64,000 nucleotides of DNA from Spirochaetales bacterium (GTDB taxonomy: Bacteria > Spirochaetota > Spirochaetia > JABEVK01): NCBI GenBank assembly GCA_037142615.1, contig JBAXAI010000003.1, forward strand, positions 129,028 through 193,027, written 5' to 3'. Below are positions 38,133-49,232 of the stretch, piece after piece. Under the pieces are notes generated by a model. It made no database searches. It was not told the origin of the DNA and saw only the letters and a program-made list of their open reading frames with translations. Each line of letters begins with the position of its first letter. Position 1 is the stretch's first letter. The translations under genes were made by a program, and so were the position numbers.

Positions 38133-38672
38133 ATGAAAAATGTGCTGCTCATCTCACTGGTACTTTACGGACTCGCTGCAACCCTGGGTGCTGAAGACCT
38201 GACTTCCGACCAGAAGGCCAAGGTCGATGCTAAGCTCGCGCAGTACGCCGCTTGGGGCACTGACCCCGCCGTCGTCAAGTTGGTCAAGGCCGCCGAGGCC
38301 ACGCCCCCGGCCTGGGCCGCCGACATGACTCAAGACAAGTGGACGGCCCTGTCGGTCTTGAGCCCCGAAATCAAGGACATGACCAAAAACGACCTGGCGG
38401 TGTGGCTGCGGGCCAAGAAAGAAGACCTCGTGACCGAAATCTTTGTGTCGTCCAATACCGGCATCAAGATCGCTTTCCTCGCCAAGACCACAAGCTGGAA
38501 CCACAAGGGCAAACCCAAGCACGATGTGCCCATGACAGGTAAAACTTGGGTCGGTGCCATAGAGGCCGACGCCTCGACGGGACTCAAGCAGGTGCAGGTT
38601 TCGTTCCCGGTGCTGGACGGCGGCAAGGTGATCGGCTCCATCGTGGTCGGTCTGTCGCTCACGAAGCTCTAG
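38133..38672 (+). CDS. Secreted standalone Cache/PDC-like sensor protein
   Basis: Signal peptide; EIFVS..G, DASTG.KQVQVSFPVLDGGKVIGSIVVG. Confidence 0.65.
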   Translation: MKNVLLISLVLYGLAATLGAEDLTSDQKAKVDAKLAQYAAWGTDPAVVKLVKAAEATPPAWAADMTQDKWTALSVLSPEIKDMTKNDLAVWLRAKKEDLVTEIFVSSNTGIKIAFLAKTTSWNHKGKPKHDVPMTGKTWVGAIEADASTGLKQVQVSFPVLDGGKVIGSIVVGLSLTKL

Positions 38673-38675
38673 CTT

Positions 38676-40445
38676 ATGTCGGTCTTTCAAAAAATCCTCG
38701 CGCTTCTGGGCATGACCGTCGTTCTGGTGTTCGTCCAGGGTGGCGTGTTGCTGACGCTTCTCATCACAGGCCAAATGCGTAGCGACCAGACCCTTGCCGG
38801 AGTCGTCCTGACGGCCGACGGCCTGGGCGCTCTCATGAAAGAGGCCGTCGGGGCTCAGGGCGCGCTCGAGACTCTCGTGCGTACCAGCGATGCCGACGCG
38901 CTTGAAAAGCTCGACGCCGACCTGAAGGGCCACCTCGCTGCGCTCAAGACTCTCACCGAAAGGCCCGACCTGACCGATGACAAACTGGCCTCCGGCGTGG
39001 GTGAACTCACCAAATTGTCCGACATGGTGGAGCAACCGGTGCTGATCGGCGACCTTTCGTCGGCTACCGAGAAGCTGGTGATGGAGGCCATGCCCGGCTT
39101 TCAAAGCTTCATCAGCGAACTCGACAACTTGAGGGCTCTCAAGGCCCAAGCCGGCGAAGTCGTCACCGCTGCCGCCAAACAGAGTGCCAACACCAGCCTG
39201 ATCGTGGGCATCGTGGTGGTCTTGGGACTGCTGGTAGCCCTCGTGGCGGTGGGCCTGTGGATGGCGCGGAATATCGTCGGCCCACTTCGTCGCACCGCCA
39301 ACCTTCTGAAAGATATCTCCGAAGGCGAAGGCGACCTCACCCGGCGACTCCAAGTGACCGGCAAAGACGAGGTGGCGAAGCTAGCAGGCTACTTCAACGG
39401 CTTCGTGGGGCACCTCGATGCCATGCTCAGCCTTATTCGGGGCAAAACGGCCGAGCTGGGTCCTTCCAGCCAGGTCGTCGCGCGCCAAATGGAAGACGTG
39501 CGCGCCAAGTCCACCGAAATTTCCCAGCAACTGGAGCAGGTGGACCAGGATTCGGCGACGCAAGCCTCCGAAACCGACGCGTCCTTCCGTGAACTGCAGC
39601 AGATCCAGAAGGGCTTGGAAGGTCAGGACAGGCTGATCGAGAACCAGGCGGCGGCCGTCACCGAGTCGTCGGCCTCGATCGAGCAGATGATTGGCAACAT
39701 CGACTCCATCGCCCGTAACATCGACCTGCTTGCCTCCCGTTACGAGGGTCTGGTGCAGGCGACGGAATCGGGGCAGTCGGTGCTGACCAACCTGACCGCG
39801 CGGGTTCACGGCATCGCTGAGGCGTCGGGAACTTTGCTCGAGACGAACAAAGCCATCGCACAGATCGCTGCCCAAACCAACCTCCTGGCCATGAACGCCG
39901 CTATCGAGGCCGCTCACGCCGGCGATTCTGGAGCGGGCTTTTCGGTGGTTGCCGACGAGATCCGGCAACTAGCCGAACGCTCGGCCCAGCAATCCCGGCA
40001 CAGCAGCCTGCAACTCAAGGGCATTCAGGAGTCCATCCGCGGGGTCGTTACCGGTTCCGAAGACGCCAAGTCGTCGTTCACCCGGATCCAGGAAGACGTG
40101 CAAAGCGTCAACCAGCTCCAGGTCGAAATCAAGAATGCCCTCACGGAGCAGACTTCGGGTTCGCAGCAGATTCTCGAAGCGTTGTCCGAGATCAACGAGG
40201 TGACCCAAAGCGTTCGCAGCGGTTCCCGCGAGATGACCCAGGGAGGGCTGCAACTGGTCGAGCGCAACCAGAGCCTCCAGCAACTTGCCGGCCACGTGCG
40301 CGACAAGGTGACCCAAATCAGCGACCTGTCGGATTCGATCTCGCACGCTGTGAACGACGCAGCCTCCCGGGTCGAGGCCATGGCGCGCGACGTCGAAGCG
40401 GTGGAGCAGCAGGTTTCCCGCTTCAAGGTCGGAGCCATCCAATAG
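38676..40445 (+). CDS. Methyl-accepting chemotaxis protein (HAMP, spirochaete-like)
   Basis: EGDLTRRL..KDEV HAMP; IAAQTNLLAMNAAIEAAHAG; QAAAVTESSASIEQM. Confidence 0.95.
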   Translation: MSVFQKILALLGMTVVLVFVQGGVLLTLLITGQMRSDQTLAGVVLTADGLGALMKEAVGAQGALETLVRTSDADALEKLDADLKGHLAALKTLTERPDLTDDKLASGVGELTKLSDMVEQPVLIGDLSSATEKLVMEAMPGFQSFISELDNLRALKAQAGEVVTAAAKQSANTSLIVGIVVVLGLLVALVAVGLWMARNIVGPLRRTANLLKDISEGEGDLTRRLQVTGKDEVAKLAGYFNGFVGHLDAMLSLIRGKTAELGPSSQVVARQMEDVRAKSTEISQQLEQVDQDSATQASETDASFRELQQIQKGLEGQDRLIENQAAAVTESSASIEQMIGNIDSIARNIDLLASRYEGLVQATESGQSVLTNLTARVHGIAEASGTLLETNKAIAQIAAQTNLLAMNAAIEAAHAGDSGAGFSVVADEIRQLAERSAQQSRHSSLQLKGIQESIRGVVTGSEDAKSSFTRIQEDVQSVNQLQVEIKNALTEQTSGSQQILEALSEINEVTQSVRSGSREMTQGGLQLVERNQSLQQLAGHVRDKVTQISDLSDSISHAVNDAASRVEAMARDVEAVEQQVSRFKVGAIQ

Positions 40446-40455
40446 GATGACCACA

Positions 40456-40513
40456 CCAACCTGTGATTTTTTTCACAGGTTGGCTCGACGAAGCTCCTCC
40501 CCGTTTCTATACT
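40456..40513 (+). promoter_or_regulatory. serC promoter with upstream TGTGA-N6-TCACA palindrome
   Basis: CCAACCTGTGA-T6-TCACAGGTTGG (40456-40483), then TCGACG-N17-TATACT (40485-40513). Confidence 0.55.
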
Positions 40514-40551
40514 CCTCCTCACCGGCGCAAAACCCGGTGAGGAGATTTTCC

Positions 40552-41646
40552 ATGAAGCGTGTGTTCAACTTTTCTGCCGGGCCCTCCATGCTGCCCGAAC
40601 CCGTGCTCGGCAAAGCCGCCGCCGAAATGCTCGACTGGAACGGCACCGGTCAGTCGGTCATGGAAATGAGCCACCGGTCGAAGGCCTACGAGAGCATCAT
40701 CGGCGACGCCGAACGGTTGGTGCGCGAGGTGCTGAACGTCCCCGAGGACTACCACGTGCTGTTTCTTCAGGGTGGCGCCAGCCTCATGTTCCACATGATC
40801 CCGCTCAACTTCATGACGGTGAACAAGAAGGCCGACTTCACGCTCACGGGAGCCTGGGCCACCAAGGCCATCGAAGAAGCCGCCAAACTGGGCAAGGCCA
40901 ACACCGTCGGCTCGTCGAAAGACAAGAAATGGAGCTACCTGCCCACCCTCGCCGGCGCCGACCCCGAGGCCGACTATCTGCATATCACGTATAACAATAC
41001 CATCGAGGGCACGCAGTACCACACCCTCCCCGACACGAAGGTGCCGTTGATTGCCGACATCTCGTCGGGCATTTTGAGCGAACCGCTGGACATCAGCAAG
41101 TTTGCGCTCGTGTACGCCGGAGCGCAGAAGAACCTCGGGCCGGCCGGAGTGACGCTGGTGATCATCAAGAAAGACCTGATGGCCCGCATCCCCGCCGGCT
41201 TGCCCGCAATGCTGAGCTTCCAGACCCACGTCGACAACGGCTCGATGTTCAACACTCCCCCCTGCTACTCCATCTACATGGTCAAGCTGGTGCTGGAATG
41301 GATCAAGGAGAACGGTGGCACCAAGGCGCTGTTCGCGGCCAACAAAAAGAAGGCCGAGGTGCTGTACAACTTTCTCGACACCTCGAAGTTCTTTTACAGT
41401 CCCGTCACCAAGGCCGACCGCTCGCTGATGAATGTGCCGTTCTTGGTGCGCGTCGCCGACCCCGAGGCCAACGAGGCCATGAACAAGAAGTTCGTCAAGG
41501 AAGCCGAAGCTCTCGACCTGGTCAACCTGGCCGGTCACCGCTCGGTCGGCGGCATGCGCGCCAGCATCTACAACGCCATGCCTCTGGCCGGTGTCGAAAA
41601 ACTCGTCCAGTTCATGAAAGATTTCGAAGCGAAGAACTCGAACTAG
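40552..41646 (+). CDS. serC: Phosphoserine aminotransferase
   Basis: FNFSAGPS, EMSHRS, AGAQKNLGPAG, NTPP, GHRSVGGMRASIYNA. Confidence 0.97.
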   Translation: MKRVFNFSAGPSMLPEPVLGKAAAEMLDWNGTGQSVMEMSHRSKAYESIIGDAERLVREVLNVPEDYHVLFLQGGASLMFHMIPLNFMTVNKKADFTLTGAWATKAIEEAAKLGKANTVGSSKDKKWSYLPTLAGADPEADYLHITYNNTIEGTQYHTLPDTKVPLIADISSGILSEPLDISKFALVYAGAQKNLGPAGVTLVIIKKDLMARIPAGLPAMLSFQTHVDNGSMFNTPPCYSIYMVKLVLEWIKENGGTKALFAANKKKAEVLYNFLDTSKFFYSPVTKADRSLMNVPFLVRVADPEANEAMNKKFVKEAEALDLVNLAGHRSVGGMRASIYNAMPLAGVEKLVQFMKDFEAKNSN

Positions 41647-41677
41647 GCCCGTGACGCGATAGGCGTCTGCCGCGGGG

Positions 41678-41711
41678 GTGATAGGCTGTTCAGCCTATCT
41701 TCCCGCCGGCA
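41678..41711. repeat. REP-like palindrome, intergenic serC-serA
   Basis: GTGATAGGCTGTTCAGCCTATC, 21/22 identical to 27269-27290, followed by CCCGCCGGCA, which also follows the other copy. Confidence 0.65.
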
Positions 41712-41746
41712 CCCACCAGCACCCACAAACACGAAGGAGACCTGAA

Positions 41747-42922
41747 ATGTATAAAATCCAAACCCTGAACAAAATCGCCGCTTGCGGCCTCGACCGCCTT
41801 CCCCGCGAGTACTACGAAACCGCCACCGAAATCGGACACCCCGACGGCATCTTGGTGCGCAGCCAGGACATGCATGCCCTGGAACTGCCGGCGACCCTGC
41901 TGGCCATCGCCCGTGCCGGTGCCGGTACCAACAACATTCCGATTCCCGCCGCCACCGACAAGGGCATCGTGGTGTTCAACACCCCCGGCGCCAACGCCAA
42001 CGCCGTCAAGGAACTCGTGCTGGCCGCCATGCTGCTCTCCAGCCGCCGGATCGTGCAGGGTCTGAACTGGAGCCAGAGTCTGAAAGGCAAGGGAGACGAG
42101 GTTCCGGATTTGGTCGAAAAGGGCAAGGCTCAGTTTATCGGCCCCGAAATCGAGGGCAAAACGCTCGGCGTGATCGGCCTGGGCGCCATCGGCGTCATGG
42201 TGGCCAACGCCGCCACCGCGCTGGGCGTCAAGGTCATCGGCTTTGACCCCTACATCAGCGTCGAAGCCGCATGGAAGATGAACACCAGCGTGCGCAAGGC
42301 CACCAGCCTCGACGCCCTCGTGGCCGAAAGCGACTTCATCACCATTCACGTGCCGCTGACCCCCGAAACCAAGGGCCTGTTCAACAAGGAACGCCTGGCC
42401 CGCACCAAAAAGGGCGCGCGCATCATCAACCTCAGCCGCTCGGGCCTAGTCGACAACACCGCGCTGAAGGCCGAACTCGCCAGCGGACGTTTGGGCGGCT
42501 ACGTCACCGACTTCCCCGAAGAAGACCTGTTGGGCGTCGACAACATCCTGGCCATTCCCCACCTGGGCGCGTCGACCCCCGAAGCCGAGGACAACTGCGC
42601 CATCATGGCCGCCGACCAGCTGCGGGAATACCTGGAACGCGGCAACATCAAAAACAGCGTCAACTTCCCCGCTGCCGAAATGGCTCCCACCGGCAAGACC
42701 CGCATCACCCTGGCCAACAAAAACGTGCCCAACATGATCGGTCAGGTGACCACGATTCTCGCCAAGCACAAGCTGAACATCGACGACATGCTGAACAAGA
42801 ACAAGGGCGAGGTGGCGTACAACATCATCGACGTCAGCGGCGACATTCCGGCGACGCTCAAAGAAGAACTGTCTGCCATCGAAGGGGTGCTGCTGGTGCG
42901 GGTGATAGAAAACTGTAACTGA
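41747..42922 (+). CDS. serA: D-3-phosphoglycerate dehydrogenase with ACT domain
   Basis: RAGAGTNNI, NTPGANANAV, GLGAIG, PHLGAST, NKNVPNMI. Confidence 0.95.
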   Translation: MYKIQTLNKIAACGLDRLPREYYETATEIGHPDGILVRSQDMHALELPATLLAIARAGAGTNNIPIPAATDKGIVVFNTPGANANAVKELVLAAMLLSSRRIVQGLNWSQSLKGKGDEVPDLVEKGKAQFIGPEIEGKTLGVIGLGAIGVMVANAATALGVKVIGFDPYISVEAAWKMNTSVRKATSLDALVAESDFITIHVPLTPETKGLFNKERLARTKKGARIINLSRSGLVDNTALKAELASGRLGGYVTDFPEEDLLGVDNILAIPHLGASTPEAEDNCAIMAADQLREYLERGNIKNSVNFPAAEMAPTGKTRITLANKNVPNMIGQVTTILAKHKLNIDDMLNKNKGEVAYNIIDVSGDIPATLKEELSAIEGVLLVRVIENCN

Positions 42923-42928
42923 TTCGCG

Positions 42929-45049
<2,121 letters not shown>

Positions 45050-45050
45050 C

Positions 45051-46373
45051 TCACCACTCCAAGGCTTCTACTGCGTAACCCTCGGCCGGTGCCGGCTCGG
45101 TGTCGTCGGGGGCACCGGCGGCCAAGCGGGCGTCCTCGGGGCTGAGTTCACCTAGCGGGAACTGATAGGCTGTCTTCGGTATGTACTCCGTGCCCTCGCT
45201 GCCATCGTGCTCTTCCACCAGGTCAAAGACGGTGACAAGTTGCTTGAGGAATTGCCGGGGAATGACGCCCACGTCGCCGCGCAACCCCGAGGTGACCATG
45301 TCGGTGAGCCGGGTAATGAACTCGTCATCGACCAGCCGGAACAGGCGTTCGGGCTGACTGGCCGGGTAGAACTCGCGAAGCTTGAACGCCACCTGCTTGA
45401 GCCGCTCTTTATCGAAGGGCTTGAGTTCCAGCTGGGACTGTTTGGAGCTCACGAAGCCTCCCGAAGTCTCGAAGCGGATGCGTTCGTGGAGGGGTTCCAG
45501 CCCGGCAACACCCTTGCGGCTGTCAAAGAACTCGGGGGTGCCGGTGAACACCCACAACAGACCGGGGAAGTCCTTGGAGGCGTCGATGATTTGCCGCAGG
45601 CCGTTGAGTGACTTACCCCGCACATCGGTGCGCGTTCGCAAAATGGTCTCGAGTTCGTCGATGACCACCACCAGTCCCTTGTAGCCCGCTTTTTTGATGA
45701 TGCTGAGAATCCCCTTGAGGTACAGCAGCGCCGAACTGCTGGAAATCTCACCCTTGATGCCGGCTTTGTTCTTGGCCTTGGCAGCAATGTTCTTGGAACC
45801 GGTGATCCAAGCCACGAGCGAACTGGCGGTTTGGTAGTCGCCTTCTTGTTTCGCCTCAAAGTAAGCCTTGAGCACGTTGATGAACTCGTTGCCGGTGGAC
45901 TGTTTCGTCAGGTCGACCAAGTCGGATTCAAAGCGCGTTTTGACGCGCTTGTCGAAGTCAGAAGCGTCGTCGCCGAACTCTGCGGCAATGCTGTCCTCGA
46001 TGCCGCCGATCCAGCGGTCCAGAGCGTCCTCGAGCGCGCCGCTGACGGCCATGTTGGTGCGCAACTGTGATACGATTTTGTGGTACACCTCGTCGAACTT
46101 GTGGAACTGCGTGTCGTTGGGGGACACCACCACAAAGCTCACCGCGAAGTTGCGTTTGAGGGCCTCGAGAATGGTGTATTGGCTCATGAAGGTTTTACCG
46201 CACCCGTAACCACCGCGAAGGAACTTGAAGGCTCCTTCGCCAGCTGCCGCCAAGTCAAGCTGGCGGCTGATCTCGGTCAGAGGGCGGTCGATTCCCACGG
46301 CAAACTGGTCGAGCCCACGGTCGGGAACGGTGCCGCTGCGAAGGCGTTCAAAAATGATCTCGGCGTCTTTCAT
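45051..46373 (-). CDS. brxD: BREX ATP-binding protein BrxD (DUF2791)
   Basis: LRSGTVP, GGYGCGKT, IDELE, FTGTPEFF. Confidence 0.9.
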   Translation of the reverse strand: MKDAEIIFERLRSGTVPDRGLDQFAVGIDRPLTEISRQLDLAAAGEGAFKFLRGGYGCGKTFMSQYTILEALKRNFAVSFVVVSPNDTQFHKFDEVYHKIVSQLRTNMAVSGALEDALDRWIGGIEDSIAAEFGDDASDFDKRVKTRFESDLVDLTKQSTGNEFINVLKAYFEAKQEGDYQTASSLVAWITGSKNIAAKAKNKAGIKGEISSSSALLYLKGILSIIKKAGYKGLVVVIDELETILRTRTDVRGKSLNGLRQIIDASKDFPGLLWVFTGTPEFFDSRKGVAGLEPLHERIRFETSGGFVSSKQSQLELKPFDKERLKQVAFKLREFYPASQPERLFRLVDDEFITRLTDMVTSGLRGDVGVIPRQFLKQLVTVFDLVEEHDGSEGTEYIPKTAYQFPLGELSPEDARLAAGAPDDTEPAPAEGYAVEALEW

Positions 46374-46382
46374 GGTTGGTCC

Positions 46383-49232
46383 TCAGGCGTCTTTGCGGTA
46401 GGTCTTGCCTTCCGCCGTATTCTCGATTTTGACATTGAACGGCAGGTGCGTCATCCACTCGCCAATCTTGTTGGCGAACACCCTCGACTTGCGCGGGCCC
46501 GACTCCCGGCCAAGGGAGTTCACCAGGAAGCTCTCCGTCAACTGGCCGTGCTTGGCCAGGTGCTTGAGCGCCGTGTGAAACTCCGAGGGAATCAGAGCCG
46601 AAAAGGTGACCTCGCCCGCTTCGGTCGCCGGCCCAGCCCCAGCCGCTCGCTGGACATCGAAATAGTCTGCGCTCACGGCGTTCTCGAGGGTGTTGCCCGC
46701 CTGGGTCGCCTCGAAACGGATCTTGCACTTGGCCACGGTTCCTTTCAGAGTGAACCCCACCTCGTACGTTGTTTCGACATCCACGGTCATCAAGTCGCCG
46801 GTGAATTTGCCGCCCACCACGTCGAAAATCGAGGTAATTGCACCAGCCTCAGCCACCAGGCGCAGTTCCAACGTCGACTTGGCAAAGAGCTCCGGCACCC
46901 CGGCCACATCAACCTTCACCTTGAGACGCTGATAGTCGCCCAATGGCGGACATTTCTCGATGGCAACCCGGAAGTGGCCTTTGTCGGCCGTCAAAGCCCG
47001 TGGCGAGGTGACCGTAATGACGGGAATGATGCGTTCTTGTGGGGTATTACCGCCGTGATAAAATCCGCCTGCCGGTTTCGAGCTCAGGAGGTGCGACGAG
47101 CGTTCGAACACGAGAGCCTGATCGGCGTGCGCCCCAGCGTAGTCCAAAGCACCGAAGCTGGCCGAAAGCAGATTCTCGGAGGTCCGGGGTGTATCGATGG
47201 CGTAACGGCGGTCGGGGTGAGAGAGCTTGGGTGCCCGATTGTTCTGCAGGGTCGAATCGCCCAGCAAGAACCCATGGTCGGCCGTGATCACGATGGCCAG
47301 GCAACCGGCATCGCGCAGCTTGCGCACAGCGAGTTTGACCCGCGCAATGCCTTTGTCGAAGTAGTCGAAGCCAAAGCCGAGCGCTCCGGTTTCGCCCATG
47401 GCATCGATCTCTTGGGTCGTGACCACAACCAGTTCGGCCGATGTGAGCTGTTTGGTCGTTTTCGCGTCCGCTGCCAGAAAGTCCTCGAGCGACGTCCATG
47501 AAGTACTGACACCTGCCACTTCCTGCAAGGTCTTGTGGCGGGTATCGGGCGACGTGACTTTGCGTTCCCCGGTCTGGAACCCGGTCACGGCTCCGCCCAC
47601 GCTGTCGAAAAGTGGCTGGAGAGACTCGGCGTTCGCGGTGGGAACCAAGGCGCTCATGCCAACGGCTGTGATGGTGGGGAGTTCGGCGAGCATCGACATC
47701 GCTTCGACGGTTCCCAAACTCTCACCCTTGAGAAGATCCACCAGTTCCATGCCGAGCTCGTAGCGCAACGCATCAACAAACAGCACCGCCGTGCGTACCT
47801 TGCGGGCCGCCAATGGTTTGACGTGCTGCCGAAAGAACTGCCGTTGACGAGTATCGCTGGGCCCCAAAAACCCGGAAGCCTCGCACACCTGGTTCCAGTG
47901 GCGGGCTTGAGTGTCGATCCAGTCGCGGTACAGCCGTGCCAAAACCTGACGGACCGAGATGAACTCGTGGGCATAGTTGGCGCTGGCCAACCCCGAGCGC
48001 TCGGTGAGCACCGCGAACTGCCGGTGCAGGCGGTCGAGGGACCAACCGCTGTCGGCATAGGCCTTCATCAAGTCGGCCACGTTGGCGTGAACGGAGGGCA
48101 ACGACTGATAGTGGAGAATCTGGTGGCCCAATTCGCCGGCCGCCTCAATCCATTGCCACAGCCAACTCCGCTGGGGGTCGCGGGTGATCCAAAAGCTGTG
48201 GGCGATGTCGGCCTTGTTGCCCTTGGGGAGCCGGAGTCTGGCCAGCAGGAGCGCTTCATTCCACTTGCCGTGTGAGAGCAGCACCATGGCTTCGCGGAGG
48301 AACAAGTCGGCTTCGAAACGGAAGGTGTCGATTTCACCCAAGGCACTCAGGCTGACCGAGGTTTCCTCGGGCGTTAGTCCGGCTTCCACCAACTCGGCCC
48401 AGCGCGAGTAGATCTGTGGTGTGTCGCTGCGCAGCTTGTTCAGAATGCGCTCGCAACGCAACTTGTAGTTTTTGGGCTTGGCCTTGAGGTCCCGCAGGCG
48501 CACCGAGGGGGCCTCGGCTGACAAATCCTCGGCAAACTCCAGGCACAGCAAATAGGCCGCCAGAGCTTCGGCCTGGTCTTCGGCGGTCCCGGCGGGGTCG
48601 AGAAGATTCCACGCCTTCAGCCACGACAAATCGAGCCCCAGCAACCGCTCCAGGAACTGGTGGACCAGCCCGAATCGTGCGGACGAAGCCACCTTGAGCT
48701 GATCGTAGATGCGGCCGGGATTGGTCAGAAACTCACGGACCAGACCGTCCTCGCCGTAGCGCACGAGCAAACTCTGCACCTCGGGCGGCGATTCCTGCTT
48801 GCCCTGAAGCTCGCGTTCCAGCTCGGCAAAGGTCAGTTTCTGGTCGAGCAGGTAGTCTACTTGGTCGGGCGTGAGCTTGCCTTGCGCCATTTCACGTACC
48901 CAGGTGGTCAGCGACTGCCGCAGGCGCTTGCCGGCTTGGTAGGCCTCGTAAAGGGGGGTAGCTTTGATGGTCGACTCGTTGAAGCCGGGCATGTGGATCA
49001 GGCACCGAGGAGTGTCCTTCTGGGCCAAGATGGCGCGGCTGGCCATCATCAGTTCGAGGAACGACCCGCGAAAGGCAAACACGGGGAACGGGAAGTCGCC
49101 ACGCTGGTAGCGCTCTACCCAGGCGTCGACGACGGGCGTGAACTCGCCCTCTTTGTCGAGCCAGATCACCAGGCGCTTGGAGTTGACCTCTTCGGTGACC
49201 TTCTGTTGGGTAAAGTCGGTGAGCAGTCCCAT
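46383..49232 (-). CDS. pglZ: BREX phosphatase/nuclease PglZ
   Basis: FVDALRYE, ELPTITAVGM, ITADHGF, FYHGGNTPQE. Confidence 0.92.
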   Translation of the reverse strand: MGLLTDFTQQKVTEEVNSKRLVIWLDKEGEFTPVVDAWVERYQRGDFPFPVFAFRGSFLELMMASRAILAQKDTPRCLIHMPGFNESTIKATPLYEAYQAGKRLRQSLTTWVREMAQGKLTPDQVDYLLDQKLTFAELERELQGKQESPPEVQSLLVRYGEDGLVREFLTNPGRIYDQLKVASSARFGLVHQFLERLLGLDLSWLKAWNLLDPAGTAEDQAEALAAYLLCLEFAEDLSAEAPSVRLRDLKAKPKNYKLRCERILNKLRSDTPQIYSRWAELVEAGLTPEETSVSLSALGEIDTFRFEADLFLREAMVLLSHGKWNEALLLARLRLPKGNKADIAHSFWITRDPQRSWLWQWIEAAGELGHQILHYQSLPSVHANVADLMKAYADSGWSLDRLHRQFAVLTERSGLASANYAHEFISVRQVLARLYRDWIDTQARHWNQVCEASGFLGPSDTRQRQFFRQHVKPLAARKVRTAVLFVDALRYELGMELVDLLKGESLGTVEAMSMLAELPTITAVGMSALVPTANAESLQPLFDSVGGAVTGFQTGERKVTSPDTRHKTLQEVAGVSTSWTSLEDFLAADAKTTKQLTSAELVVVTTQEIDAMGETGALGFGFDYFDKGIARVKLAVRKLRDAGCLAIVITADHGFLLGDSTLQNNRAPKLSHPDRRYAIDTPRTSENLLSASFGALDYAGAHADQALVFERSSHLLSSKPAGGFYHGGNTPQERIIPVITVTSPRALTADKGHFRVAIEKCPPLGDYQRLKVKVDVAGVPELFAKSTLELRLVAEAGAITSIFDVVGGKFTGDLMTVDVETTYEVGFTLKGTVAKCKIRFEATQAGNTLENAVSADYFDVQRAAGAGPATEAGEVTFSALIPSEFHTALKHLAKHGQLTESFLVNSLGRESGPRKSRVFANKIGEWMTHLPFNVKIENTAEGKTYRKDA

